From positions 34,388 to 98,387 of the forward strand of contig JAAOMT010000197.1 of the NCBI GenBank assembly GCA_016748015.1: a stretch of 64,000 nucleotides of DNA, read 5' to 3'. The notes below the pieces were generated by a model, which was not told the origin of the DNA, did not search any database, and saw only the letters and a list, made by a program, of their open reading frames with translations. Position numbers and translations under genes: made by a program. How positions within the stretch are numbered: position 1 is the stretch's first letter; each line of letters begins with the position of its first letter. Of the stretch, positions 38,927-51,200 are shown in pieces. Source of the stretch: Geosiphon pyriformis uo1. Lineage: Eukaryota > Fungi > Glomeromycota.

Positions 38927-40897
38927 ATAGAACCAGTGGGCTTTGCTGCTGGTGGTTCTGGATCTATTTTGGCTGGGTTGAGGACCTGATCTGGTGTCAA
39001 AAATAAGCATTTGATTGGTTTTCAATCTCATGGTGCATCCTATAAGAAGCCGAAGAAATCTGTAACAGTTGACAGTTTGGTGGAGTCGTCTGCTGGTGTC
39101 TTGAACATTATGGATGAAAGTGGTAACAAACCTAACATTAGATGATTGTGGGCTAGTAAAGTCAACAGCAAAGTGGACAGCGTAAGTGGCATCTCAAACT
39201 TGGATAACATGGAAAATGTTGTTACTGAGGAAACTAGTTATGCAGAGTCAGATGTTTCAGGTTTAGATGACAACATGAACAATACCACGCTAAGGAAGAT
39301 GCATATCTGCACCTATGTTCTGAACAGTAAGCCACCACCTCTCTTTTTCAATGTTCCAAGTGATGGTGAAGATACTTTGCCTCTTCCAAGTCCCAAATTT
39401 TATGGATCCAATTGTCTTCCTCCAATTGGGTCATGTGTACCAGAGAAATAGAATTTTAATTTGTCAAAGTCATTTGCATTAGATATTGAATTATCTGCTG
39501 TTCTTGGCAAAACTAATAGTGATAAGTTAGTCTCAATCAAAAAAATTTTTATCATGTTGATGGTTTTGGGGAGGGCCTCCACTCCCTCAAAGTTCCCTGA
39601 GATCATCAGATCTACTTTCACTTTAGAAGCTAGTATGAATAAGGCAAAAAGTTTGGCTGTCAGTGGGAAGATTTTAGTTAATAATAAGTTAAGAAAAGTA
39701 AACAGTCATTCAAATTGGGAAATTGTAGTCAAGAAGATTTCAGTTGATCTTCCCAAATTGGCTGTGGAATCAGTTTTTTCCAAGTTTGGTAAGATTGTTT
39801 CAATTAGAATGCAGCTAATTGGTCTATGACAAAAGGCTTTAGTGGAGTTTAAGTCAGCTAAGATAGCCGGCGTGATTGCTTCCAAGTGGTCAGTTCTCAT
39901 GGGTAAGGATTCTGTGTGAATGGCTTTGATGACTGAAGATAAACAATTGTGGGTTTTCAGAGATCAGCATCAGGCTTTGTTGTATACTTTGCCAGTGAGA
40001 ACAATGGCCCATAATCTTTCTGATTTGTTGGAATCATATGATGGGAAGACATGTTTTATTGGTCGCAATTCTGTCTCTTACATTTGCAATAGATATACAA
40101 CTGTTTGTTTTAATGATGAGGCAACCAGATTGGCTGCTATTGGTTCAGTTCCAGTCTTCAAGGGTGTGAGTTTACATTGGGCCAATCTTTTTTTGGCTTG
40201 TTGTGCCAAGTGCAAACATTTTGGTCATGTTTCGGATATGTGTTCAGTAGATGGTTTCTCTGGTGGTCATGGGAAAAAGATGGCATCTGTTTATGATCAG
40301 GTTTGCTTGGCAAATATATATAAAAAAAGACATGCTCCAGTTGCTCGCCCTGTCTCTTTTGGTAGCAAGTCTTGGATTCAGGTTGCTTCACTTGCTGCTC
40401 CTTCTGGTGCTGGTGCCCAAACTGTCTCTGGTTCTGGTGCTCTTGTGTCTAGTGCCTCTTCTACTAGTAGATTACTGATGGAAGTTCCAGATGTTTCTTG
40501 TATTGTTGATCACCTGGCTGTATTGGAATGGTTCTTTGAGCTTTTGTCTAACCGAGTGTCTAAGATAGTGCATAGACTGAATGGTGTGGATTTGGTTCCT
40601 CTGGTTCCTGTTTCTTCTGTTGTATCTTTTGTCGTCTCTGCTCCTTTTGTGATGCTCTCTATTCAGAACATGGCTTTGAACTCTCCATTTTTTTCTTCTC
40701 ATTCTTCTTCCTCAGTTCCTGTTTTGTAGAACATTGTTTCTGATTTAAGTTTAAGCAGTTCAAAGATTCTCACCTCCAAAGTTGGTGGGCTTGAATCTAA
40801 ATTGATGGCTTTTGATGTTGCTGTTGGTTCCATATTAGCAAAATTGGATCAGCTGGATACAAATTTGAGGTCTCCTCAACACTCTCCTTCCCAATGA
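38927..40897 (+). pseudogene. LINE E ORF1 (RRM-like, CCHC knuckle CAKCKHFGHVSDMC, coiled coil)
   Basis: Track fragments 39146-40729. Start inferred at ATA (from ATG) 38927; ends PSQ*. Confidence 0.85.
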
Positions 40898-43800
40898 CAG
40901 ATTTTATCTGAAAAATAGCCACATGCAATATCAAGGGTATGAACAATATGGCGAAGCAAGAAGACATTATGCACTAGCATAATTCTATAAACAATTTGGT
41001 TTTGATTTTTATGGAAATAAAGCTCAAAAAGCATGCTCATCCCTGGATAGCTAACAAATTCAATGGTGTTCATGTGTTTGTCTCTGGTTTGGACTCTGGT
41101 CATCTTGGTTCAGGTGTGGCAATCATAATGAACAATTCTCTAGCCAAGCATGTGTACAAAGTTTCTGAGATTTCCAGTCAACTTTTATCTGTCAAATTGC
41201 TCTTTAGGAATAAACTTTCTGTGTCTGTGTTAGGACTGTATGCTGGCGCTTCTTTGGCTGCTTGTTTCTCCCAGGCCAGTAAAATCAATTTTTTTGTCGC
41301 TAAGGCCATGAATGATTCCTCTTTTGTTATTCTTGGTAATAATTTCAATGAAGATGGTTTTCATAGGTGTGCTAGTTTCAAAAAGTGTTTCAGCTTGGAC
41401 TTGGTCAATACTTTGAATGGGAGTTTGTTCTCAAAGTTACCTATGTGGTGCAATTTTTGTGGTGTAGCTAAAATGATTGATTACATGTTTGTCTCTTCTG
41501 GTTTGGTCAATGCGATTGTGGATTGCAGTATGACAGATGTTGTGGAGTTTTTCAATACTGATCATAAGGCTGTTTCTATTTCCATGGGTTTGGGTGGCTT
41601 GTTGGACACATGGCTTTCTGTTATGTGCAAACAGGCCAACAAAGATTGTTGGAAATTTGACGTCAAAAGTGCTGATGTTTTGAAATGGGACAAGTTTGGG
41701 GACATGTTAATTGCCAATGTTTCTGTGTTTTTGGATGAGTTTGCTGTGGCTAAGGAATGCTCAGATTTGAATTCAATATAGGATGTCATTCGTAGGATTA
41801 TGGTTTTTTCTACTAATAAAACATTCAAAAAAAAATGGTTTAAGAGTTATGATAGTGTTTTTACCAAAGTATCTTCTAGATTTCATAAGTTGGAGTTGCT
41901 GGTCTCCAAGTTAGTGAGAGCTTTTCGTTTGGCATCTGGTGATGCTTTTGTGTTACTGTTGGAGATGTGAGATAAGCTCAACCCAGTCGGTGTCTTGGCA
42001 ACAAAATTGGTCTTTTTTTCAGATGTTAATTTTGATGCTGTTTGGTCTGTGCTGGCTAAAACAAGGAAATCTTATTGCTCCTTTAAGCTTCTGGAATCCA
42101 AGTGTGCAAAGGAATCTCAGATTAGACAGGCTATTACCAGACATATGGAGAGTTTTGTATTAGACAAAGGTCATACTATTAGGAGCATATTGGAGCATCT
42201 CTTTCACAAGGTGATGTTAGACCATCTGGTGGTCAGTGATGAGCTGGTCTTGGAGCCTGAGTTGGTAAAATCTAGGGTGGATGTGGTTATGGAGGGCTGA
42301 ACACGAACACATGGGGTGGTCTTTGATATGTCTGATGTTTGGGTTTGTCAATATCAACCTTTGGATTACGTCTTTGATGGTGCTTTCTCTGATGTTATGT
42401 GCTCAATCAGCTTTAATGAGATGTCTGCGGTCATTTCAGATTTACCTGATGGGAAGATGGCCAGTCTCTCTGGTATCTCAAATAAATTATGGAAGCACTG
42501 TAACAAATCAGTTTTGGATATGCTGTTGGTTCTTTTGAACTCTTGTTTGGTTTGTGAATTGGTTCCTGGATCTTGGAAGAAAGCTTGGGTTTCCATGATT
42601 CCTAAACTCTATGAATGGGAAGGTGTTCTCATAAATACCCATCCTATTGCTTTAATTGAGGATGCCTTAAAGAAGAACTGTGAACTATGGTTGGTTTTGT
42701 AGAACATGTGCAAAGCCTATAATTCTGTTGGTTGGAAGCACCTTAGGAGGAGTTTGATTAGGATCAAGATGTGTGACAGTTTATTAGGTTCTTTGGCTCC
42801 ATTCACAATGGTCGCACTAACAGGGTGATGATGGATTTCAGTTTGACAGACAGATATCATGTACATGATGGCTTGGATCAAGGAAAAGTTTTCTCGCCAC
42901 TTTTGTGGTGCATATTTTATGATTCACTTCTTTGTGAGGTCAAGAGACAGGAGACTGTATGTGGCTATAGATTAAATTTTCATTTCATTTCCAAAACTGG
43001 CTGGGTAGAATCTCAAGCTGGACTGATATCATTTCTGGCCGCTGGTGCTTTTGTTGATAATACAATTTGGGTAGGCAATAGCCAGTCAGCTACTTAACAT
43101 ATTCTCAATATTGCTAGTGATTTCTTCAGAATTAATGACATTTCAATAAATAATGAAAAGACTGTGGCCATCCCTATTAACTGTCGGGTAGTGAACCTTA
43201 CTCTTAATATTAGTAGCTTGCCTATCTCTGTTGCTAAAAAGAAGAAACCTCATCATTATCTGGGAATTTTTCTTTCTTTTGAAGGTTTGTCTAAACCTAG
43301 CTTGGTTAGGGCGTATTTGGATGTTCGGTTTTTTACCAATTTTGTCTTAAAAAAAGCAATTTCAAATAAACAATTTGCATATTTAGTGTCAGCAGTTCTT
43401 GTTCTTATCATCAGTTACAGAACTCAGTTCAGTTTTGTCTCTACTAGTGTGTGCAACAAATGGAATGCTCTCATTCACAAGGGTTTGAAATCTAAGTCTG
43501 GTCTGTCTCTCAATTTTCTAAATGATGCACTCTATCACCCTTCTTTATATAGTTTAAAACCATTCAAGCAGATTCAGGCTGAAAGTAAATTGGCTTCCAT
43601 TGTTTCTTTTGCAAATTTGGTTGGTGTTTTGGGTTGGTTGTTTTCTCACAGATCCCATGATCTTCAGGTTCTCAGCTGGTGCCCACGATATCCATTGCTA
43701 TTTCCAATTCATATTAGGGTCAACTTTTCAAATAATTTTTTGGCTGGTGTGGTCCGTATTTTTTCTGATTTGAATTTGGCTTTGGGCAGCTTGGTGGCCA

Positions 43801-45427
43801 GTGCTTTTTGCCTTCAGTTCAGTACTTTTTTATCTCTTGTGCTTAGTAATAGGACATTTTTCAAGTGTGTTTCTTTACTTCACTGGTATGATATAGCATT
43901 TGTGAAACAACTTTGAGACTGTAATGGTGCTGTTTTTAATTGGTCGGTCTTCAAGTGGTGGAAGAAGTTAGACCCCCATGGCCCGATTCCATTTTGGTAT
44001 GATACTGCTGTTCGCTTTATTACAGATACAACCTCCTCTTCTATTGGTCTACTGTTCTTGGATGGCAATGCACTTCATAACATTCTTTGGTCCTATGAGT
44101 TTGGTGTGGTCAGTTCTGGTCTGTTGAATGCTAATTCTAATCGTTTTTTTGTGTATACGGATGGTTCTTTGTGCAGGCTGGGGACTTGCAATATAAAAGC
44201 TGGTGCTGTAATGTTTTTTGAGGACATTAATTTGGGTTTGGGTGTGAGTGTGTTTGGCTTGGTCTCTTCTACATTGGCCGAATTACAGGCCATTTCTCTG
44301 GCTCTTAAGTGTATTTCTTCTCTTAGTTCTGTTGATTTGTTCTTAGACAGTCAGGCTGCTTTGGATGTGTGTGTTTCAGAATCTGTTTTGTTTCATCCAG
44401 ATTTCAGGAATTGGTGCTGGATTGAATACTGCCACATTGCTAACATCATTCATCGTAAACGGTTGGACATAAATTGGGTTAAAGTCAAAGGTCATTTTGG
44501 CATTATGGGCAATGAGCATGCTGATGAGTTTGCTAAGACTGCTGCTTTTTCTGACTTTTACCTGCCTCTTTCGATTGATGAACAGTTTCTAAAAGCTGGT
44601 GGTACTATGATCTCTGGTAATTCTAGACACTTTGTCTGTGATGTTTTCCAATTAGTTTATTGTGCAGATTGGGAAGTGGGTTTGGGCTTTCAGGTCATAT
44701 TAAGTAACTTGTGTTCAGATGTGAATTGGTTCAGATCTTCTTTGGTGTGGCATCCAAATTCTCATTTGGCTGCTGGTTTTACCAGTAAATATACTGCCAA
44801 CTGTCGAACATATTTCATGAAGGTGTTGTATCACCAGCTTCCTGTAGCTGTGTGCAAACATTTGTATGATAGGTGCTATCCCAGTGTGATATGTCTTTAT
44901 TGTGATAATGTTAAGGTCTCTGACCATGTGTTTTCTTGTCCATCTGATGCTTCTGCCTGCATTTGGTTGGTTGATGTTCATGTATCTGCTTGGGAGGCTT
45001 ACACTGGTTTTTCTCGTTCTTCTTCGTGTGTCTCACAGTTGTTATCAAATTGTGTTTCTGGTGCTGCAGTTGGTACAGTTCTGTGTAAAGATTTTGTTTT
45101 TAATGATTGGTACCATGAATCAGTTATAGTTTTAAGGATTCCAAAGTGGCAGCTCTGACCGTTATGAATTTTGTGCATAAATTTTGTTTTGCTTTTTGGG
45201 AGGAGATTTGGCTGGTTTGTGCCAGATACAAGTCTCTTATGGAGAGAAATGGTTTAATTCCACATGATGGTTCTCTTTCTGTTATAGGCCCCTCTAAGTT
45301 ACTTTCGGCTGGTGTGGTTAAGTTATTAAGTGTTACTAATGCCTTTGGTATTAGCTTTGGGTTTTGTAAATCTTGTCTGTTTTTTTCTGGTGTAGGTGAT
45401 ATGGTTTCTGTTCATATAAGTGTCTAG
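40894..45427 (+). pseudogene. LINE E ORF2: APE endonuclease - RT - RNase H - C-terminal CCHC
   Basis: ATCNIKG, LGNNFNE, IDYMFV, TDHKAV (APE); GLDQGKVFSPLLW, AGAFVDNTIW (RT, FVDD-type); VYTDGS, AELQAI, DSQAA, KVKGH..GNEHAD (RNase H); CLYC..DHVFSC. Confidence 0.92.
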
Positions 45428-45599
45428 TGTTGTTCTAATCGGCTTGAGTGGCTGGTTACATGTAGAAAATGCATAATTCGCACCTAGTTTAGATCATTTG
45501 CATGATGTATAATACTAGGTAGCATTTGGATTTCACTTGTTAAAATGTAAAAAAAAAAAAAAATTTGTAATTAAAAAAAATTAAAAAAAAAAATTTGGC

Positions 45600-48230
45600 T
45601 GGTATTTTAAGATATTATTATTTAATAATATTACAAATTTAAATATTATTATTAAATATTAATAGTACTATTAAATAATATGATTATGTTATTAGTTATA
45701 TGAATTTATCTTATAATAAATATGAAAAAAAAAGTTATAAAAAATATTTATAAAGTAACAAAATTATAAAATTATTATTATTTGTTTTTAAACAAGAATT
45801 AAGTTAAGATTTATTTAATTAACTCTTAATAAAAACACAAAAACAAATTAAATTATTATATTAAAATTATATTAAAATCTTTTAATTAATTATTAAAAAA
45901 ATATGGTTTTCAAATATTTAATTTAAAAAATAAAAATAAAAAAAGTTATTAAAAATCATAAAATAGTAAACATAAATTAAAATAATATTGTTTAAATATT
46001 TAATTAATACATTTTTTAGAAAATATTTTAAAAAATAATATAATTAAAGCTAATTGCTTATAATAAAAAAAATATATATATGAAAATAAAAAAAAAGAAT
46101 TTTAAACAAAAAAGAGAATAAAAGTATAAAAAAAAACAACTTATTGTTTATAATAAAACTTTGATTTAATATAAAATTAATATTTTTTTTAACTTATAAA
46201 AAAATTGTATATATATTTAAATTACTTAAAATCTATATATTATATTAATATTATATATATTAAATTAATTAATTTATTTTGAATTTATTCAATATGTTAT
46301 TTTTTAAAATATTAATTATATATTAATAATACTAATTATAATTAAAAGCAGATTAATTAATTTATTTAAATATTTTAAAATAGTTTTTATAACTAATTTT
46401 TAAATAATTATAGAATATGTTTTATTTAAAAAAATTTTATTATTAAAAATATATAAATTTTATAAATTTAATTTTTGTATAATTTATATTTATATTAAAT
46501 TTTAGTTTAAATAATAATTTAATTAAAAAAATTTTTATGTTTTAATATTTTATTTGGTGTATTATAGCTCAGAGTGAGGTTTGTCAAATGACATAGTTAG
46601 GTTGATTAGTATTGATGATTCTTTTGAAGTGAGTTTTGGTTTCTATAGACCTTGTCTGTTTTTTTCCAGTTTGTTTAATATGGTATCTGTTTATATAAGT
46701 GCATAGTGTCACTTTGATTAATTCAAGTGACTAGTCACATATAGTAAATGCATGAATCACATCTAGCTGGGGTTCACAGTTTTGACTCTGTATACTAGGT
46801 AGTGATTGGGCTGCACTTATTAAACTTTAATAAAAAAAATATTTTATTTGTTTTATATATACATAATATATATTGTTTTAATATTATTTATTTTTGTTTA
46901 AAAAAAAATTAATTTTTATAAATAATTTAATAAAAAATAGAAAATTATTAAATTAATTTACTTTTTTTGTTAAATTAATTCATTTTCAATATATAATATT
47001 ATTTATATTATAGTTTTATATTTAATTATATATAAAAACATATTAACAAATTTATAATCAAAGAACTTTAAAATAAACTTAATAAATTTTCTTTTAATTT
47101 TACAAATAATTCTATCTTTTTATAAAATTACAAATTATATTTATATAATATTATTATTTCCAAAAATATTATATAGCTTTTATAAAATAATAACATAAAG
47201 TTTTAATATTTTTATATATTTTCAAATATATATATAACTACAAAATAATATTTTATTGCTAATAATATTTATATTATATTCAAATATAATTAAAAAAATA
47301 AATGTAATGTTTTTAAAAAATTTATATTAAAAGATTAACAAATTAATTTTTTACTGTATATAAACAATTACTCAAAATTAATAAATACTATTTAATAGTT
47401 TATAATATTAAATATAATCATAAGTTATCTGATAATATTTTATTGTTTAATAACTTAAATCCAAACAAAAAATATTAATTTTACAAATATTAAGTGTAAA
47501 CATTATACCAAAAACAATTTTAATAGTATTATAACAGAAAAATTTAAACAATATATAATTTTAAAAATTATTTATAATAAACAGACATATTTTTAAAAAA
47601 TAGACTTAATTAATTCAAATTTTAACCACATTTTTTGCAATTAAAAATCTTTTTAATGAATGAATTTAAAGATGTTTTTTAAATGCTTTAAATTATTTTA
47701 AACAAAATATTGCTTATTAAAAATTATCTATTTAATAAAATTTATTTTAATTTAAAATTATTAAAAATATTTTTTCTTAAATACAAGTATATAAATATAA
47801 AATTTGTAAGAAACAAAATCATAATATTCGAACTTATTTACAATAAAGTGTTTTTTAATTATAAAATACTATAATTATTTAAGATATAATAAAAAATATA
47901 TATATAATCTATTTTTAATTTTATATTAAAAAAAAATATTTTTTATTTTAATTAAACTAATATTTATTAGAATTACTAATAAATAAATATTAAAATTCTA
48001 TATATATTAATATTATGTATAATAAATCAATTTAGCAAAAAAAAAATTTTTAAAAAATATTAATAATATAATTAATTTTTTGGCTTATTTTTCATATTTA
48101 AGCTTAAATATTAAGATAAAAATTCATAATTTATTGTTATTTATATTAGTTAAATATAAATTATTGTTTTAGTATTTAAATATAATTTGGTTTTAAGCAA
48201 AATAATTATTAATTTAAATAATTAAACATT
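45600..48230. mobile_element. AT-only ghost repeat DNA, at least partly a minus-strand LINE remnant
   Basis: Near absence of C/G. The minus strand around 47340-47760 is loosely collinear with the APE region of younger copies. Boundaries approximate. Confidence 0.45.
46557..46837 (+). mobile_element. Severely 5'-truncated LINE (copy F): last ORF2 codons + 3' tail
   Basis: 13-bp TSD AATATTTTATTTG (46544-46556 / 46838-46850); ends ...MVSVYISA* followed by the conserved tail. Confidence 0.88.
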
Positions 48231-51200
48231 TAAAAAACTTCTTTCTTTCTTACCTCCAAAAATTCTCAAAAAGTGTATTTTCTGATAAAAAAGTTTTTCT
48301 GTTTTTTCTTGTTAGTTTTTTCAACATTTCTTTAAATAATAACCCTTTCATCATGGATTTAAAGACTGCTTTAGGCAGTAATATGTCAAAAAAAAAGGCG
48401 TCCAAAGGTGCTTTCTATGGTTCTGCTAATGGTTCTTTCACTTAGAAGAAAAAAGTAATTCTTGAGAATATTAAACACTCTGGTAATGAGAAGAATATTT
48501 CTTTGAGTAAATCTAGACCTAGTGATAGTGTGTATTCTAATGTGAATAGTCTGTCTGGTGATGATGAGAATATTGGCATGACTGGTGTAAATGGTGGGTT
48601 TCTTCTGGGTTCAATTGCAACCACTTCCAAGGTGAAACATATCAATACTGGTACAGTGTTTGGCTTTTCTGATTTTTTTATGGATGATGATGATATTGTG
48701 CTTCCCTTTCACTTGCCTATCTTTCTGAAAAAAAAGTGGATTGATCCAAAAATCATCAAAATCCTGGTGAAAGTGTTGGTCAGGAAGTTTTTTGCTTTGG
48801 ATATTAATCTTTTGGCAGTGGATGGCAAATCTGCCACAGCAAAAATCCAACTTATTAGAAAAACTTTTTCACCAGTTAATGGTTTTGGAGGGGACCACTA
48901 CTTCTTCAAAATTTGAGAGGATTATCAGATCTATGTTTACTTCTAAAAAAAACATGATTAAGGGTGTATTATTGGCCAGAGAAAAAGAGATTGACATAAA
49001 CAGCAATCTTAAAAAACAAGAAATCCATTCAGATCAGGCTGTAGTTATCAAGAAAATTCTCATGAACATGCCAAAGAATATGATTGTCACTGCACTAGCT
49101 GAATTTGGTGAAATTAAGTCAATTAAAATTCAACTTATTGGATTATGACAGAAAGCTATGGTAAAATTTGCCGAATTGGATCAGACTGAACAATTGGCTA
49201 CTAAATAGTTTTTCTTGATTGGTAAAAATTTGGTGCATGTAGCCATGGCTGTGAGTGATCATGAGACTTGAACATCAAGAGATAGGTTCAGAGCATTGCT
49301 GTTTACTTTACCAGTAAGAACAACTGCTCATAATTTGGGCACTTTTTTGGATGGGGCTGATAAGAAAACCTGTGTCATTAGTTGCTCAATAGATTCTAAC
49401 AACTGAGTACACTGTGCTGTAGTTGGTTTCAAATCTAAGGAGGATTTAAAGTCTGCTTATTACACTGAGATGATATTTGGTGGTGTTAAATTATCTTGGA
49501 CTAGATTGGACTTGGTTCACTGTGAAAAGTGTGGGCATTTTGGCCATTCTGTTCTGGAGTGTGATGCACCAACTTTGCCCATCTCTAAGTCCTCAAGACT
49601 TGTTAAAAGAGTCCCTTCAGAAGACTATCATCTTTCGCTGGCAAAATTATATGCTAGAAAGAGTGTTCCTATTTCTAAACCTGCTGCCTTTGGTGGCAAA
49701 TTTTGGGCACAAGTAGTCTTACTTGCTTCTCCTTCTAGTGGCCCTCATTTCGACTCTGGTTTTGGGTTTGGTCCTCTTTTTTCTGGTTCTTTAAGTATTA
49801 AGAGAAGCATGCTAGTTGTTCAAAATAAATCCTCAATCAATGATTGTTTAGCTTTACTAGAACACTTTTTAGAATTACTAGCTAATCAGGTATCAGATAT
49901 TGTGTATAGATTAAATGATATAGAGCTGGTGCTCCTAGTGCCTATTATTTAAGTTACACTTCTGGCCACCCCTGTTTCTATGTTAGCATTACCTGATACT
50001 GATATAGTTTTGGATGTTTTATGGTTGTCCTTTCCTCCCTCTTTTTCAGTATTAGAAGACAAAGTAGTGGATTTGGGTCTGAGTAGTTCAAAAGTTTTTA
50101 CCTCAAAAGTTGGCAGTTTGGAATCTAAAATAATGGCTCTCTATTGGCTCAATTTTGAAGAAGTTAGATTTGTTGTGCATAAATTCGGATTCTTTGGTGC
50201 ATTTTTTGCATCAATGAGTGAGCTTATTTGGAGAGTGGTTACATGCAATATTAGGGGTATGTTGAATTTAGCTAAACAGAAAAACATTGTTTGTTGGCAT
50301 AAGAATTCAGAAAATATGATTTTGATTATTACTGAGACAAAATTAAGGTCTGACATTAGGCCTTAGATCATGAATAAATTTGATGAATTTCGGGTTTTTA
50401 CTTTTGGTTTGGATGTTGGGTTTCATGGTGCTAAGATTACCATAATTATGAACAATTCTTTGGCTCGACATGTTTTGAAAGTAGATGAAATTCCTGGTCA
50501 TTTGATTTCTGTGCATTTTTTGTTCAAGAACAAGCTTTCAGTTATGATCTTGGGTCTGTACACTAGTGCATTCATCAGCACATAATTTAGTTAAGCTGCT
50601 GATATCAATTCTATGGTTTCTAAGGTGGTTAATTCCAGTTCTTTTGTGGTTTTGGGTGGTGACTTTAATGAGAATGGGTCTAGCAAAAGTGCAAATTTCA
50701 AGTTTTGTTTGAGTCTAAGCCTAGTTAATACTTTTTGATGGACACTTATTGGCCAAGGCTTCTACCTGAAACAATTCTAGAAGTGTTAAGAAAATGATTG
50801 ATTTTATTTTAGTGAATGAGAATTTGGCATTTGCTATGGCATTGCATTTTGTCGATGATATATCTGATTTTTTTAATACAAATCATAAGTCAGTTTCTAT
50901 TTTAATTGGTTTGGATGAGCTGCTGGATACACATCTTATTAGCATTCACAGACAAGTCAATTAAGACTGGTGGAAGTTTAAATTAAAGGATGCAGATAAT
51001 GTTCAATAGTTAAGCTTTAAAGACTGCTTTTTTGCCATGTTGTTGGCCAGATCGGACATGTTTGAGGAGGCAAGAATCAATGGTGACTTAAATACAATAT
51101 GGAAAATATTGGAAGAGACCATAGTATAGGCTGCCAACACAGTTTTCTCTAGGATCTAATATAGTGAATATGACTGTTTGAGGAATAAACAATCTTCCAA

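Larger units (their letters stand above)
38802..45562 (+). mobile_element. Near full-length LINE (copy E), least decayed copy
   Basis: 5' CTCTTT start, ORF1, ORF2, conserved 3' tail and poly(A) 45549-45563. Candidate degenerate TSD beginning AAATTTGTAA (38777 / 45561). Confidence 0.92.

Noticed and set aside
39824-39835. TGA at the same ORF1 Trp (GL*QKA) in four LINE copies, suggesting programmed readthrough or TGA=Trp
   Set aside because: Copies A and B retain TGG there, and many other Trp codons are independently hit to TGA/TAG/TAA. Host genes use the standard code. Best explained as a mutation hotspot.
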